A stretch of DNA of 63,703 bases, counting the filler, from Octopus bimaculoides (lineage: Eukaryota): NCBI RefSeq assembly GCF_001194135.2. It is 6 parts of 5 records of this genome, joined end to end, with 100 filler letters (N's around TTAATTAATTAA, not from the genome) between each part and the next. Parts side by side here need not be neighbours in the genome. Positions count along the whole stretch, not along the records: positions 41,369 to 53,719 come from NC_068995.1; positions 53,820 to 60,153 come from NC_068989.1; positions 60,254 to 63,703 come from NC_068982.1; 3 more parts are not named here. One strand, given 5' to 3'. The translations under genes were made by a program, and so were the position numbers. The notes under the pieces are model-generated. The model saw only the letters and a program-made list of their open reading frames with translations. It made no database searches and was not told the DNA's origin. Of this stretch, positions 52,677-63,703 are shown one piece after another. The first letter of the stretch is position 1. Each line of letters opens with the position of its first letter.

Positions 52677-53147
52677 TGCTGGCTAGGCTGGGTGGGGGAG
52701 CTTGTCTCCCCTTCACAAACTTAAGGACACAGTAATTGTGTCAAGGCCGACAGGAAGCGGTCCAGCTTCCTAGGGCTAAACGGCGGTAGTGTGTTCCCTT
52801 ATTGGGATTCTCACATTAAGTTGACAATATACTACAACTTTATATATATACATATATATATATATAAAAGATAATAAGAGTGAAAAAACTACAGAAGGCT
52901 TGTGTTACATGGTTAAAGTATATATTTAAATTATGTCAGAAAAATGTTACAAAATCTTTTTGGTATATAAACATTGTATTTTGAGAAATAACCGGTTTCG
53001 TGTTGTTTTTTCAAATTTCTCTACTTCATTGTAACGTGTTCGCTCCAGTCTGAAAAAGAAGAGTTCTAGATAGGGGGAGGTAATTAGGGATTTCTTCCGG
53101 TACAGGGGAGATAATGGAAATCTAGGAGGTGGTTGAATTTGATTAAT

Positions 53148-53716
53148 TTACCATGGTTTTGTTCTATATTTTTTCCCTTTTTTCTCAGTGGGGTGATGAA
53201 TTTCCTTATTTAAATGTGTTGNNNNNNNNNNGGCACAAGTAAAGTTAGATTTAACTTTGAATTTGTGTCCCTCTTTGAAGAGGAATTCTGAACCTTCTAG
53301 AATGTTTGGACATGTTGCAAAATTTGGTCGACCACATTTTTTTACTTTCGCATCTGTTATTGTGGAAAATAATTTTGCCTTTGTGAGGATCTTTTTCAGT
53401 GATTTTGGTTGTTTGTGGCTTTTGATGATTTTGTGTGTGTGTAAAATTTCCTTTAATTTGGGGTCCTTATGTAGCATTGGTATGTTTTGGGTGATGATGG
53501 TGAAGGCTTCTTTGTTTCTGGGGGGTTGTATGTGGATATGTACGACAGTATTTTCGGGGAAGGTGTGTTGCTGTGTTTAACTTTTCTTAAGTTTTCTATG
53601 TTAATTTGTGATGCACGTCTGATTCCATCCTCTATGAGTTGAACTGGGTAGTGTCTGTCAATTAGTGTGTTTTTGAATTCTTGTAGTCTGTAGTCTCTAG
53701 TATTTTGTTCTGACAC
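53148..53716 (-). mobile_element. Penelope-like element fragment (RT-endonuclease linker with Cys cluster)
   Basis: ORFs read RLQEFKNTLIDRHYP...YISTYNP and KQPKSLKKILTKAKL...KKCGRPNFATCPNI...NFTCA. Confidence 0.75.
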
Positions 53717-53819
53717 TATNNNNNNNNNNNNNNNNNNNNNNNNNNNNNNNNNNNNNNNNNNNNTTAATTAATTAANNNNNNNNNNNNNNNNNNNNNNNNN
53801 NNNNNNNNNNNNNNNNNNN

Positions 53820-54067
53820 GTTGTTAAAGTTTTCTGCCAGCTTTTTATGCATTGCTGGCAGGTGTTTTAACCAGAAATTGGGGATCTTGTCGTGTCCAGG
53901 TGCCTTCCAGTTGCTTAGTCTTTGCAGTGTCTGGGTTACCTCTTCAGTTGTTATAGGGGCCCAGAGTTGCTCAGGTGCTAAGTTCGTTGTTTTAATGGTC
54001 CTTTTCTGGGGTTGTTGCTTCACCGACCATATTTGTTTCCAGAATTTCTCTAGTTCTTCTGCTGTTG

Positions 54068-54068
<1 letters not shown>
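53820..54068 (-). mobile_element. R4/Dong-like RT N-terminal fragment abutting a (TAA)n tract
   Basis: ITTEEVTQTLQRLSNWKAPGHDKIPNFWLKHL. An (ATT)n run starts at 54069. Confidence 0.8.
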
Positions 54069-54102
<34 letters not shown>

Positions 54103-54371
54103 CACTATTATTATTATTATTGTTATTGCTTTTCCAGAGAAGGAAGGACAGATTCTATAATTCGTTCTTTTTCTCAAGGCTACCAAGAGTTGTTTAAAGA
54201 AAACATCCTCAGATCACAGACATACAAATGAATCCGATGGGCAGCTATTGGCGTTAACTCGTGCGACAAATCTGTCTACTTACACAACAACTTCACCTTA
54301 GAAACTTCTGAAAATTATATTCGCCCGTTACCTCTCAAATTTCACGGTTTTGTGCCTCACTATACACAAAC

Positions 54372-54516
54372 CAATGCTTGTTCTAGCATTAGGAGTGTGT
54401 TGAGAGTTGACAAGCTAGTTCCGAAACTATTTGAAGTCAATTTTAGTTCATTTAAGTCACTAAAGACTCCTGGAGGTGGCAGAAACATTACATACTCATT
54501 TTTTCCTCTCACCTCA
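54372..54516 (-). CDS. Candidate internal exon of a convergent minus-strand gene, with one LRR-like motif
   Basis: AG and GT boundaries (ttattagtag| and TTG|GTTTGT). Open frame EVRGKNEYVMFLPPPGVFSDLNELKLTSNSFGTSLSTLNTLLMLEQAL contains LxxLxLxxNxF. No homology confirmation. Confidence 0.3.
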
Positions 54517-56835
54517 CTACTAATAAATAATATAAGATATTTGAGTTCACTCAAAAGGAAACAACTGTTTATATATACATATATATATTATTGTAAAAGG
54601 AAGTGCGGTAGAGGTGAGGTATATTTCCGGTGATACAAATCCACAGCTTACTTTTCGATTTTGTTGAGGCTTTTCTTAAAAACGTATTGTCAACCATAAC
54701 TTCTTGATACTTGTTTTATATATTCGTAAGTCACTTAGTGAAGTACAGCGTTAATATAAACAATTCATATGTAAGATATTCGTGGTTGTCTGTCTGTGAG
54801 CACGAGTACAGCTCAAGCACGGATTCAGTTACTGCTGACGTCATAGGTACAGGCATGGCTGTTTGGTAAAGAAGTTCTCACCACATACACGTGATGTCGG
54901 GTTCATTTCCGACGCGCCACCGAAGGCTTCATTTTTTTCTTTTTTCCATATATTGTATCGAGAAGAAGGAATGTCTCTTCATACATTGTATCGCCTACAA
55001 AGGAATGTCTCTCTCCAGGCTGCCTCTACTACAAATATTGAACTAAACCCTGTAAGCATTCATAAATTTAACTATGCACCCGCTGCTTACTGGATAATTT
55101 GATACCTAAGATTTATCTTTATTATATGTCCGTAAAACGTTGAAGTTTTTTTGTTGTCAGAATATATTTCTTTTTGTTCTATTGAAAAATTAAATACAGG
55201 TACAGGCATAGCCTTTTGGTTAAGTTTTATTCGCTATCACGTAACCTCAGATTTACTTCCAGTGCGTGGTACCTTGGCACAATGTTTTGTGAGTAAAAAT
55301 GGTAGTCCAGAAAATTCATGGAAGTCCGTACGCATGTATGTATGTATGTATGAATGTCATTATTAACTCCGACGCTGGTGTTGTCTTGGTGGAGGTTTGC
55401 GCTCTCTGAGTGCTCTTGTTTAGTTTTATTTCTTGCCAATAGAGGAAGAGTCGGTTCCTAACCTAACTTCATTGGAATTTCAACATCAACAACAAGGTAT
55501 GTATGTATGTATGTATGTATGTATGTATGTATGTATGTATGTATGTATGTATGTATGTATATGTGCAGATTCGTATGTTTTGCTTTATGTATGTATTCTC
55601 ATACATATATTGCATATCTAGACATGCTCATATATATTTAAATAATAAACTGGAAAATTTTACAGATTTTTACAGTTCTAGTGATGTATGTATGTATGTA
55701 TGTATGTAATTGAATGTATATACATATCTGTCTATTTGTCAGTATGTATGTCTGTATTTAAATGTATGTATGTATGTTTTGTCCTTAAGTGTTGGGAAAC
55801 TATACGACCGACCCATCGACTAAGACACTTTACTGCGGTACCTCAGCATGGCCGCAATCCATTGAGTAAAAACGAGCAATAGACTAAAATACTATTCAAG
55901 CAACTGAATAAATTTTGAAAATCTATAAATAAATTACAATCTTACACAATAAATCGTACACCTGCGCTAATCAATTAATTTTTGTGTAACACGGAGGAAC
56001 AAACACACCTACGAGTATATACACACAAATGAAAAGGAAACCAAAAGAATGTCATGTCACCCGCTCCTCGTCTTTATTAGTACTCCTAACTCACACGTAA
56101 CATAATATCATTAATATAAAAAGAACTGAATATAAAAAAAAAAAAAATGAGTCATTAGACATTCAAATATAAATTTATAGCGATAATCAGAAGAATTCAA
56201 GGAGTGGAGCTATGCGTATACACCCACAGCCAACCTACGTCATTGTCAGTTTGTCTTCGTTCATTCATAATTTTTACGAATGAAACCTTCCCTGTACTTT
56301 TGTTGACAAACCATATAATCTTTATGAAGGCACGTGGCTTAGTGGTTATGGTATTCGGCTTAAGGTCGTGAGTTCGATTCCTAGCTTCGCGTTGTATCTT
56401 TCAGCAAGACACTTTATTTCACTCAGCTGGCAAAAGTGAGATGTACCTGTATTTCATAGNNNNNNNNNNNNNNNNNNNNNNNNNNNNNNNNNNNNNNNNN
56501 NNNNNNNNNNNNNNNNNNNNNNNNNNNNNNNNNNNNNNNNNNNNNNNNNNNNNNNNNNNNNNNNNNNNNNNNNNNNNNNNNNNNNNNNNNNNNNNNNNNN
56601 NNNNNNNNNNNNNNNNNNNNNNNNNNNNNNNNNNNNNNNNNNNNNNNNNNNNNNNNNNNNNNNNNNNNNNNNNNNNNNNNNNNNNNNNNNNNNNNNNNNN
56701 NNNNNNNNNNNNNNNNNNNNNNNNNNNNNNNNNNNNNNNNNNNNNNNNNNNNNNNNNNNNNNNNNNNNNNNNNNNNNNNNNNNNNNNNNNNNNNNNNNNN
56801 NNNNNNNNNNNNNNNNNNNNNNNNNNNNNNNNNNG

Positions 56836-57620
56836 AGCTGGCAGAATCGTTAGCACGGCGGTCAGAAAAAGAAATAAAGGCTTCACAGTATTTGTTTCGG
56901 CTCGTTACGTTGTGAGTTCAAATTTCGCCGAAGTCACCTTTACTTTTCATTTTTTTTCAGAGCCGTGTACCAGGCAAGTACTTGAGTCAATAGCTTCGAC
57001 TTTCCCTCACCTAAAATTGCTGGCTTTGTGCCAAAAATTAGAAAGAATTATTATTATTTTCACAAATGTGGCAAGCTGGCCGAATCGTTAGTGCGTCGGA
57101 CAAAATGCTTTGGGCTTTTCTTCCGGCTCTTTACGTTCTGGTTCAAATCCCACTAAGGTCGACTTTTGCCTTTCATTCTTTCGAGAGCGATAAAATAAAG
57201 TATCGGGGGTAAATATAATCGACTTCTTCATCCACTCAAAATTGCTAGCCTTGTGCCTAAATCATAAACCATTATTATGAGTTCAAATCTCGCTGAAGTC
57301 AACTTTACTTTTCATCCTTCCGAGGTCAGCAGTCAAGTACTGAGGCCAATGTAATGGATTGGTCTCTATACCAAAATTCAGGCCTTATTTCTATATTTGA
57401 AATATCAATGAGGGCGTCGAACTGACAGAATCGTTAGCGTACAGGAAAAAGTGCTTAGCATTTCTTCCAGCTTTTTATGTCTTGAAAATTAAATCCCTCC
57501 GCGGTCCTTTGCCTGTCACCCGTCCTCGGTTGACAAAATAAAATCCCAGCTGAGTACTGGAGTCGATTGCACTGAAAGTCCTTTCCCCAAAATTGCTGGT
57601 GTTATGTCAACATTCGAAAT
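56836..57620 (+). mobile_element. Head-to-tail cluster of ~4 diverged copies of tRNA-SINE family D
   Basis: Repeated GAGCTGGCAGAATCGTTAGC / GAGTTCAAAT..CGC..AGGTCGACTTTGCCTTTCATCC motifs. The same family occurs at ~2935-3060(-), 3655-3760(-), 6500-6700(-), 8495-8625(-), 15465-15665(+), 18612-18812(-), 38964-39110(-) and 60505-60610(-). Confidence 0.75.
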
Positions 57621-57879
57621 CATTTAAGTGGTGGTCTAGGAAAATCATTTGAACATCGGAAAATTCCAATACAGCAAACCTATGAACATTTCCATTCCAG
57701 TCGTAGCTGCCCCATCATTTTTTCCCGATGTGCAGGGTACTAGGGACTACATTTTTAAATATGTCTTTTCCTTCTTATCTGACGAATCATCATTTACTAT
57801 TTTACCCACTTCAGGGTGAATTTTATTTCTGTAGCTAACCCAGAGATATCTTCAGCCCTAACTATTTGACTCTTGCCGT

Positions 57880-58330
57880 AGAATATAAAGTTGGTACTGT
57901 CATGATCTGGACAGCAACTACTTGGAATTCATTTGGTCTTTTCGTTGTTAATACATGGCAGAGTTAAGGCCAAGAATTACCCGAGTATTTTGTGTGATCA
58001 TGTCCATCTCAAAGTACAAACATTGTTTCCTGATGGTTGCACGATTTCCAGGAGAATAAAGCGCCGGTTCACCCGATTAATGGCCCTCTCGATAGGCCCT
58101 CTCGATAGGCCCTCTCGCAGTCATTGCATATCAACATAATCGAACACTTATGGAGCATTTTTGAGAAGAAAATGAACTGCTTCCCTCACTGCCATTGTCA
58201 CCGAAAGATCTAAAGCAGGTTTTACTTGAAAATTCCACTAACAACCGTTCAGAACCTGTACAAGTCAATTCGTAGACATTTCATAGTTGTGATTGATATC
58301 CAAGGTAAACAAACTCCGAACAAAATCGTA
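57880..58330 (+). mobile_element. Tc1-like transposase relic
   Basis: GTVMIW, ILCDHVH...QENKAP and IIEHLWSIL motifs with frameshifts. Confidence 0.65.
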
Positions 58331-58464
58331 TTTAATATATATATGTGTGTATGTCTGTGCGTGTGTGTGTGTGTGTGTGTGCATATACATGTATATGTAT
58401 GTAGTATAACTCTATACACATACACACACACCACTACCACCATCACCAGATCCACTACATTTAC

Positions 58465-58645
58465 CTCTGTGTGCAAAAACAACAACAACAACAACAGCAG
58501 CAGCAGCAGCAGCAACAACTTGTAGGTTGGGTTGTTATTTTGTCTCTTTTGTACAAGCTCTGCTGAACGGTGGAATGTTGACGAACAACTCTCTCACATG
58601 AATGAGGAAGTGAGAGAGGGAAAGAGAGAGGACGAAAGAAGAAGA

Positions 58646-58697
<52 letters not shown>

Positions 58698-58860
58698 GAG
58701 AGAGAAAGAGAATACAACAAAAAACAGGATGACAGAAAGACAGGGTGTGTGAGAGAGAGAGAGAGAAAGAGAGAGAGAGTGCGTGGTAATGGGAGAAGTT
58801 AACAAAAAAAAACGGAAATGAAAGACAGATTGAAGCGACGTAGAAGACAGCGCCTGCGCA
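58465..58860 (-). promoter_or_regulatory. Candidate promoter and non-coding first exon of a minus-strand gene
   Basis: NRF1-like GCGCCTGCGCA (58850-58860) and ETS-like ACGGAAAT (58812-58819), followed on the minus strand by (CT)n and (GCT)n tracts and a donor GAG|GTAAAT at 58465/58464. Confidence 0.3.
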
Positions 58861-59048
58861 AGTACAAGTGTCCTCTACTATAACATTAAGCTGACCGAAA
58901 CCTTGTGAGTGGATTTGGTAGACGGAAACTGAAAGAAGCCCGCCATATATCTGTGTGTGTGTATGTGTATGTGCGTGCGTGCGTGTGTGTGTGTGTGTGT
59001 ATCTGTCCCTGTCTCTCTGTGTTTTTATCTGTCCCTGTCTCTGAATGT

Positions 59049-59110
<62 letters not shown>

Positions 59111-59225
59111 ATCTGTCTCTGTCTCTGAATGTCTGTTTTCTGTCTGTTTGTCTGTCTCTCTCTCTGAAAGAAGCCCGCCATAAATCTGTGTGTGTGTGTG
59201 TGTGTGTAAGGGCACATAGCTTAGA

Positions 59226-59312
59226 GGCTAGTGTGTTGCACTAAGGCATGTGTAAAATTCGAATGAAATCAGTTGGGTAGTTCTCGAGTTTTAGTGATGC
59301 ACACAGACAGAC

Positions 59313-59343
<31 letters not shown>

Positions 59344-59370
59344 CACATTCTCAATTTGATATCTCTAGAT
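59226..59370 (+). mobile_element. Non-autonomous Helitron/Helentron-like 3' end carrying (ACAG)n; second copy at ~13394-13530
   Basis: Both sites share TAAGGCATGTGTAAAATT.GAATGAAAT..GTTG.GTAGTTCTC.AGTTTTAG.GAT.CACACAGACAGAC...ACATTCTCA. The class assignment is by resemblance only. Confidence 0.5.
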
Positions 59371-59771
59371 TGTCTCTCTATAGAAATAATACAGATTATA
59401 ATTATCGTAGATCTTCGTATCTTGTTTGTCTTAATTTACGGAGCTCTCCCTCCGATAAACTACGTAAATAAGGATCATTATTTGTCAATTACTTAGAATA
59501 ATCTTTATGTCAGTAACAATGGACAATTGAGAGGGGTTATTATATATTATCATTACATATAATTTATATATATTTTTTGAGTAATGATAGATATTTGAAT
59601 AGTATCATATATAAATAAATAGTTAATATACTAGAAATACGTTCTTTCGTACATGTATAGGCATATCTATTGAATAAATATGGATTTACACGATTAATCC
59701 GTGAATAAAACTAAGTAAAGCTCTGATACTTAGTTATATATTATTATTATTATTATTATTATTAATCGATA

Positions 59772-60153
59772 GGGTGGGTGCGGGAGCATCTAATAGGAAA
59801 GGGGGATGCAAGAGCCTCGCCAACCTGCTCAAACGCTTTCAGCTGTCCGACAGGTATCGACTAGACAACCCGAATGTGCTAATGTGGACTTGGACTAATC
59901 GCATCGGGTCGTCTAGATCGTACTTAGATAGATTTTTCTGTAGGCCAGCGGATAAGGATAGCATAGGGTGTCCACAATTCAACATAGTCGGCTACACGGA
60001 CCACAAATTCGTGATCTGTACGGTCGACTTAGATAGGCTCCATAGACAAGGCCCCAGTTACTGGAAGCTAAACACGTCGACAACGGCGTGCAAAGCCTAC
60101 AGAGACCGGATTAGTTTATTAGTTAAGAGGGCTTTAACCGGAGCAATCATTAA
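59772..60153 (+). mobile_element. L1/Tx1-like AP-endonuclease fragment
   Basis: WTWTNRIGSSRSYLDRFF...YTDHKFV...SYWKLN, the C-terminal motifs of LINE AP endonucleases. Runs into a gap. Confidence 0.75.
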
Positions 60154-60411
60154 NNNNNNNNNNNNNNNNNNNNNNNNNNNNNNNNNNNNNNNNNNNNTTA
60201 ATTAATTAANNNNNNNNNNNNNNNNNNNNNNNNNNNNNNNNNNNNNNNNNNNNTAAGTGAATGTACAAACCATGAAAAAGAGCACTCAATACATTTAGTA
60301 GGAATTACATGTATTATTTAAAACAGTTTATTAAGACTCCATGTGACTTAAATTTTGCAGGCCTCTAACAGAAGCCCGTCTCTTTCCAGACTTAGATCAC
60401 CGGTAGTAATC

Positions 60412-60466
<55 letters not shown>

Positions 60467-60609
60467 TAATAATTTCTTTATTGCCCACAGGGAGCTAAAC
60501 AGAGAGGACAAGCAATGACAGACAAGGGGATTAAGTCGATTATATCGACCCCAGTGATTAACTGATACTTATTTAATCAACCCCGAAAGAATGAAATGCA
60601 AAGTCGTAG

Positions 60610-61880
60610 CCTCAAACTTCTCTTGGACTCAAAACTGAACTCAAGGAACCATCTGATTGCCTTCAACATATGGACTGCTACTATAGTCCGCTGTAGTGCA
60701 CTCATCTTGAAATGGACACGAGCGGAGATTAACCAACTCGATCGCACTACCAGGAAGACGATGACAATACATGATGCCTTCCACCCTAAGGCGAACGTAC
60801 ACAGGCTCTATATGAAGAGGTGTAAAGGTGGACGTGGGCTGATTAGCACATCAACAGTGAAAGAAGAAACATGGCACAATATTTGGTAAACAGCAAAACA
60901 AGACCTGCTACAGTATGCTGCTAGTGCAGAAGGATTTACCAAAATGGACTTGAGAGTGTTAATTAATTCCGGTGACGAATAGCTAACGGGAGGGAAGAAA
61001 CTCTACTTCGCATAGAATCACATGATCAATCTCGCCGTGAAGCTAACAACTTGAAAGAGCAAGAAGCATCATAGACGTGGCTCAGTAAGGATGACCTAAA
61101 AAAAGAAGACTGAAAGCCTACTCATCGGTGCCCGGGATCAGGCATTGAATATCAAATCAGTGAAAAGAGATATATAACACACAAGTGCAACGAACCTCTG
61201 CAGAATGTGTGAGAAGAGGGCCGCAAGCGTGACTCACACTGTTAGTGCTTGTGAAAATCTTGCGCAGAAAGAGTACGAGCGCAGGCAAGAGAAGGTAGCG
61301 CAAAACCTTCACTGGCTGCTATGTCGGAAGTATGGATACGAGGTAACGGATTCTTGGTATCATCATACACTAAAAAAGGTAATGGACGAAAAAGGAATGG
61401 TAAAAATCCTCTGGGAGTTTGACTTCCAGACAGACAAGGTGTTAGAGTACCGATAGCTGGACATAGTAACTTTTAGGAGGGACAAACAAGAGTGCCTAAT
61501 AATCGACGTGGCAGTGCCAAGCGATCACCATTTCATGAAAGGAAGAGAAAAGATTGATAAATATGGAGACCTGAGAATTAATATCGCCAAGATATGACAG
61601 CTGTGAAAGTCAAGCATTGCCGCTATTGTCATCGGAGCATTGGGTTCAATACCATCCCAACCCGAAGAAACATCTGGAAACTTTAGAAATACCCTACAAT
61701 CTAGATGTATTGCAAAAATCAGCATCACTTGGAACGGCACGCATATTGCGTAAAGTACTGTCTGCCTGAAGTTTTTCTTGTGACTTGACGGACAGTACAA
61801 ACCCCCAGTAGACACAATATCTTTAATCAACAACATCGCGATATTGGATACTGTGCGACGTCTTAAATAATAATAATAAT
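60610..61880 (+). mobile_element. R4/Dong-like non-LTR retrotransposon 3' half with a (TAA)n tail, decayed
   Basis: LNSRNHLIAFN...HPKANVHRLYMKRCKGGRGL; CRMCEKR..VTHTVSAC; ILWEFDFQTD; DIV...LIIDVAVP. Ends in taataataataat. Confidence 0.85.
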
Positions 61881-62554
61881 GATATATCAGTTGTAATAAT
61901 GAAGTCAAACTAAATAATGATAAACTTTTAAAAGAAAAAGATTGACAGTAAATTCGAAGTGTAGCATGGTCACCTTCGTGAGACTGCGTTTAGATCTATA
62001 GATTTTGGAAGATCTTTAGAGGCAAATTCCATACAATACATAATTGTGTAGCGTATTTTTATTAGTAGCTAAAGATCGAACGGAGTGCTCATTTTGTTTA
62101 TTGTCAGTTAACTTGTTACGGTTGAACTCTGAATATCTGTTAACATGTTAAAATATAGTAAAACGTATTAATACACTAATAATAGGATTATCCTCGTACT
62201 ACACCTTTATAAGTATTTAGGTATATATGTGTGTGTGTGCATACATATACATATATATATACACACATATATCTGATAAAATATAAATCTAAGAAACCAG
62301 TGGTGCAACTCAAGTTTTTCCCGCCTTTCTCTTTCATGTAAATGCTCTTTATATGAACGTTTTTCGCTTTGTTTAAAAATTTATTTCGAAACGTTTAGAA
62401 TATTACGTTAATTTTATAGAAAAATTGGCAAATATGTGTCAAAATGCGGACCCATAGTTCTGCCATCAAAGTGAACATATTATTGGTATAGATATCCTTC
62501 TTGAAAATTTCGAGTCTTTGTTTTCCTTTTGTTAATTTTTCTATGCAAATGTTT

Positions 62555-62833
62555 TTAGCAGTTCGTTAGTGGAGGGAAGAACAATAAAAACGAAACAAAA
62601 TATGAGTTTTTGGATGCGAAATTTAATCTACGTCTTATTATAGAGTTCACGGCATCATTGATTGGTATATTCATGAAACGCTTGCTAATATTTAGCGATG
62701 TTAAAATGGCGTCAGACTTGTGAGAGTCTGTTATTTGTATTGGTCGTCCTTGTGTTAGTTTAATGTATTTGTTCATAATGAATTGTTTTATTATGCTACC
62801 GACGTGTTGTGCGGCATTGTGCATGGTAAACAT
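62555..62833 (-). mobile_element. Highly decayed PLE reverse-transcriptase fragment
   Basis: AILTSLNISKRFMNIPINDAV resembles the SLDVxSLFTNIP motif. Confidence 0.4.
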
Positions 62834-63169
62834 GAATACATTCTGTCAGTGTAATATTTTTATGGTCGCAAGCTTTTCAATAGGCGTATACAAGTGTATA
62901 GCGGCTTGTGGTTTTTATGTTTGTGTACGATTCTTTTGTGTCTCGGCTTTATCACAAACACACAATTTCCCTTCGTTCTCTCCCCCTGCTCACTCAATTC
63001 CCCCCTCTCTCTCTCTCTCTCTCTGTTTCTGTGTGTGTATGTGTGTTTGTCTGTCTGTCTCTCTCTTTCTCTCTCTCTCTCTCACAATATATATATGTAT
63101 ATATATTTATACACACACACACACATATATATGTATGTATGCATGTATGTATGTATGTATGTATGTACG

Positions 63170-63201
<32 letters not shown>

Positions 63202-63670
63202 CATGCATATATAAGTACTACTTCCTAGCTCTGTCGCCGACTCCCGCTTATTTCTTTGTTTGTAAAATCGAGGCTAGGCATAAATTAGTTGAATCAAGCT
63301 TTAAATTGTGCTGTATTCTGATTGGTGATTACAGCAAATGTGTACCGGCCACCAACCACATGCAATTACCCGCTTGCATTACTTATGTGTATACATCTAA
63401 ATTCAGCACAAGATAGATATACTCTTGTCAGGGTTTCAAAGATTAGAGCACGTCCATAGTGGGGCAACGACTACATGGTTATTCCTTATATCGACACAAG
63501 TATGTTTCTGTCGAATATTTATTTTATCAATCTCCATTTATTGAATTGCTATATTACGTATTATAAATTGCTATGTCATGTTAGCATTTAAGAATACAAT
63601 TCTGCACCGCTTTTTACCGGAAAACATGGACAGAGACACACACATTACACGGACACATGCGTACGTTAAG

Positions 63671-63703
<33 letters not shown>

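Noticed and set aside
52740-52800. HDV-like ribozyme (starts GGCCGAC)
   Set aside because: No 3' P1 strand and no complete nested double pseudoknot could be assigned.
55439-55497. Apparent AG/GT-bounded + strand exon (EEESVPNLTSLEFQHQQQ)
   Set aside because: The same sequence recurs at ~11030-11095 as part of an interspersed repeat, and the phase does not fit exon 9.

Overview
Eukaryotic, AT-rich and repeat-saturated draft genomic DNA with many N gaps. The SINE families and microsatellite load resemble Octopus (cephalopod) DNA; this is recalled resemblance, not a database hit. Nearly all ORFs in the supplied track are artefacts of microsatellites or N runs. The main real content is a spliced + strand gene that I reconstructed by hand: 9 coding exons over 30508-40453, all introns GT-AG, all phases compatible, 327 codons with no stop, and the 3' end not found. 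Protein: MSVSFWPLLAAALLSTLLTFADG/HVRFVCPKPKSLTSALYRRPPGSKGDRQCDGKSKAPPGDGTYTLLSPGPYTLRFEETEYHKNSPFRISLHQYGDTSFYCILLDQIPHNNEASTIGTYCDTDGGLIGGCKGSTYFITVHIPDIDCDNCYLQVTFINTDTATGDTCRLDDYLCTAYCSMANVKIKATEPGIKNLSYCENYADNLYGKWPFTPREIYKVNLPGLDPVTIVHEVTWQQLTFRTQLFEKGVVEYMSVCNETDNSTTHQLPLIQLPVEANSSHSELVMKYMLGEDFTVQDLQMLKAGQLHLHVTTTDGKDFYPSITLQKS. It looks like a secreted histidine-brace (LPMO-like, not AA15-like) copper protein with a CHRD-like C-terminal region. The rest of the window holds tRNA-derived SINEs and decayed LINEs (R4/Dong-like, CR1-like, L1/Tx1-like). It also holds Penelope-like elements (PLE) with minimal hammerhead ribozymes, Tc1/mariner relics and several long inverted repeats, one built from a tRNA-headed element that carries a hammerhead. 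A ~7 kb (GAAC)/(GTAC) composite satellite lies upstream of the gene, and there are weak signs of a convergent minus-strand gene at 43.8-58.9 kb. TE and SINE boundaries are approximate.
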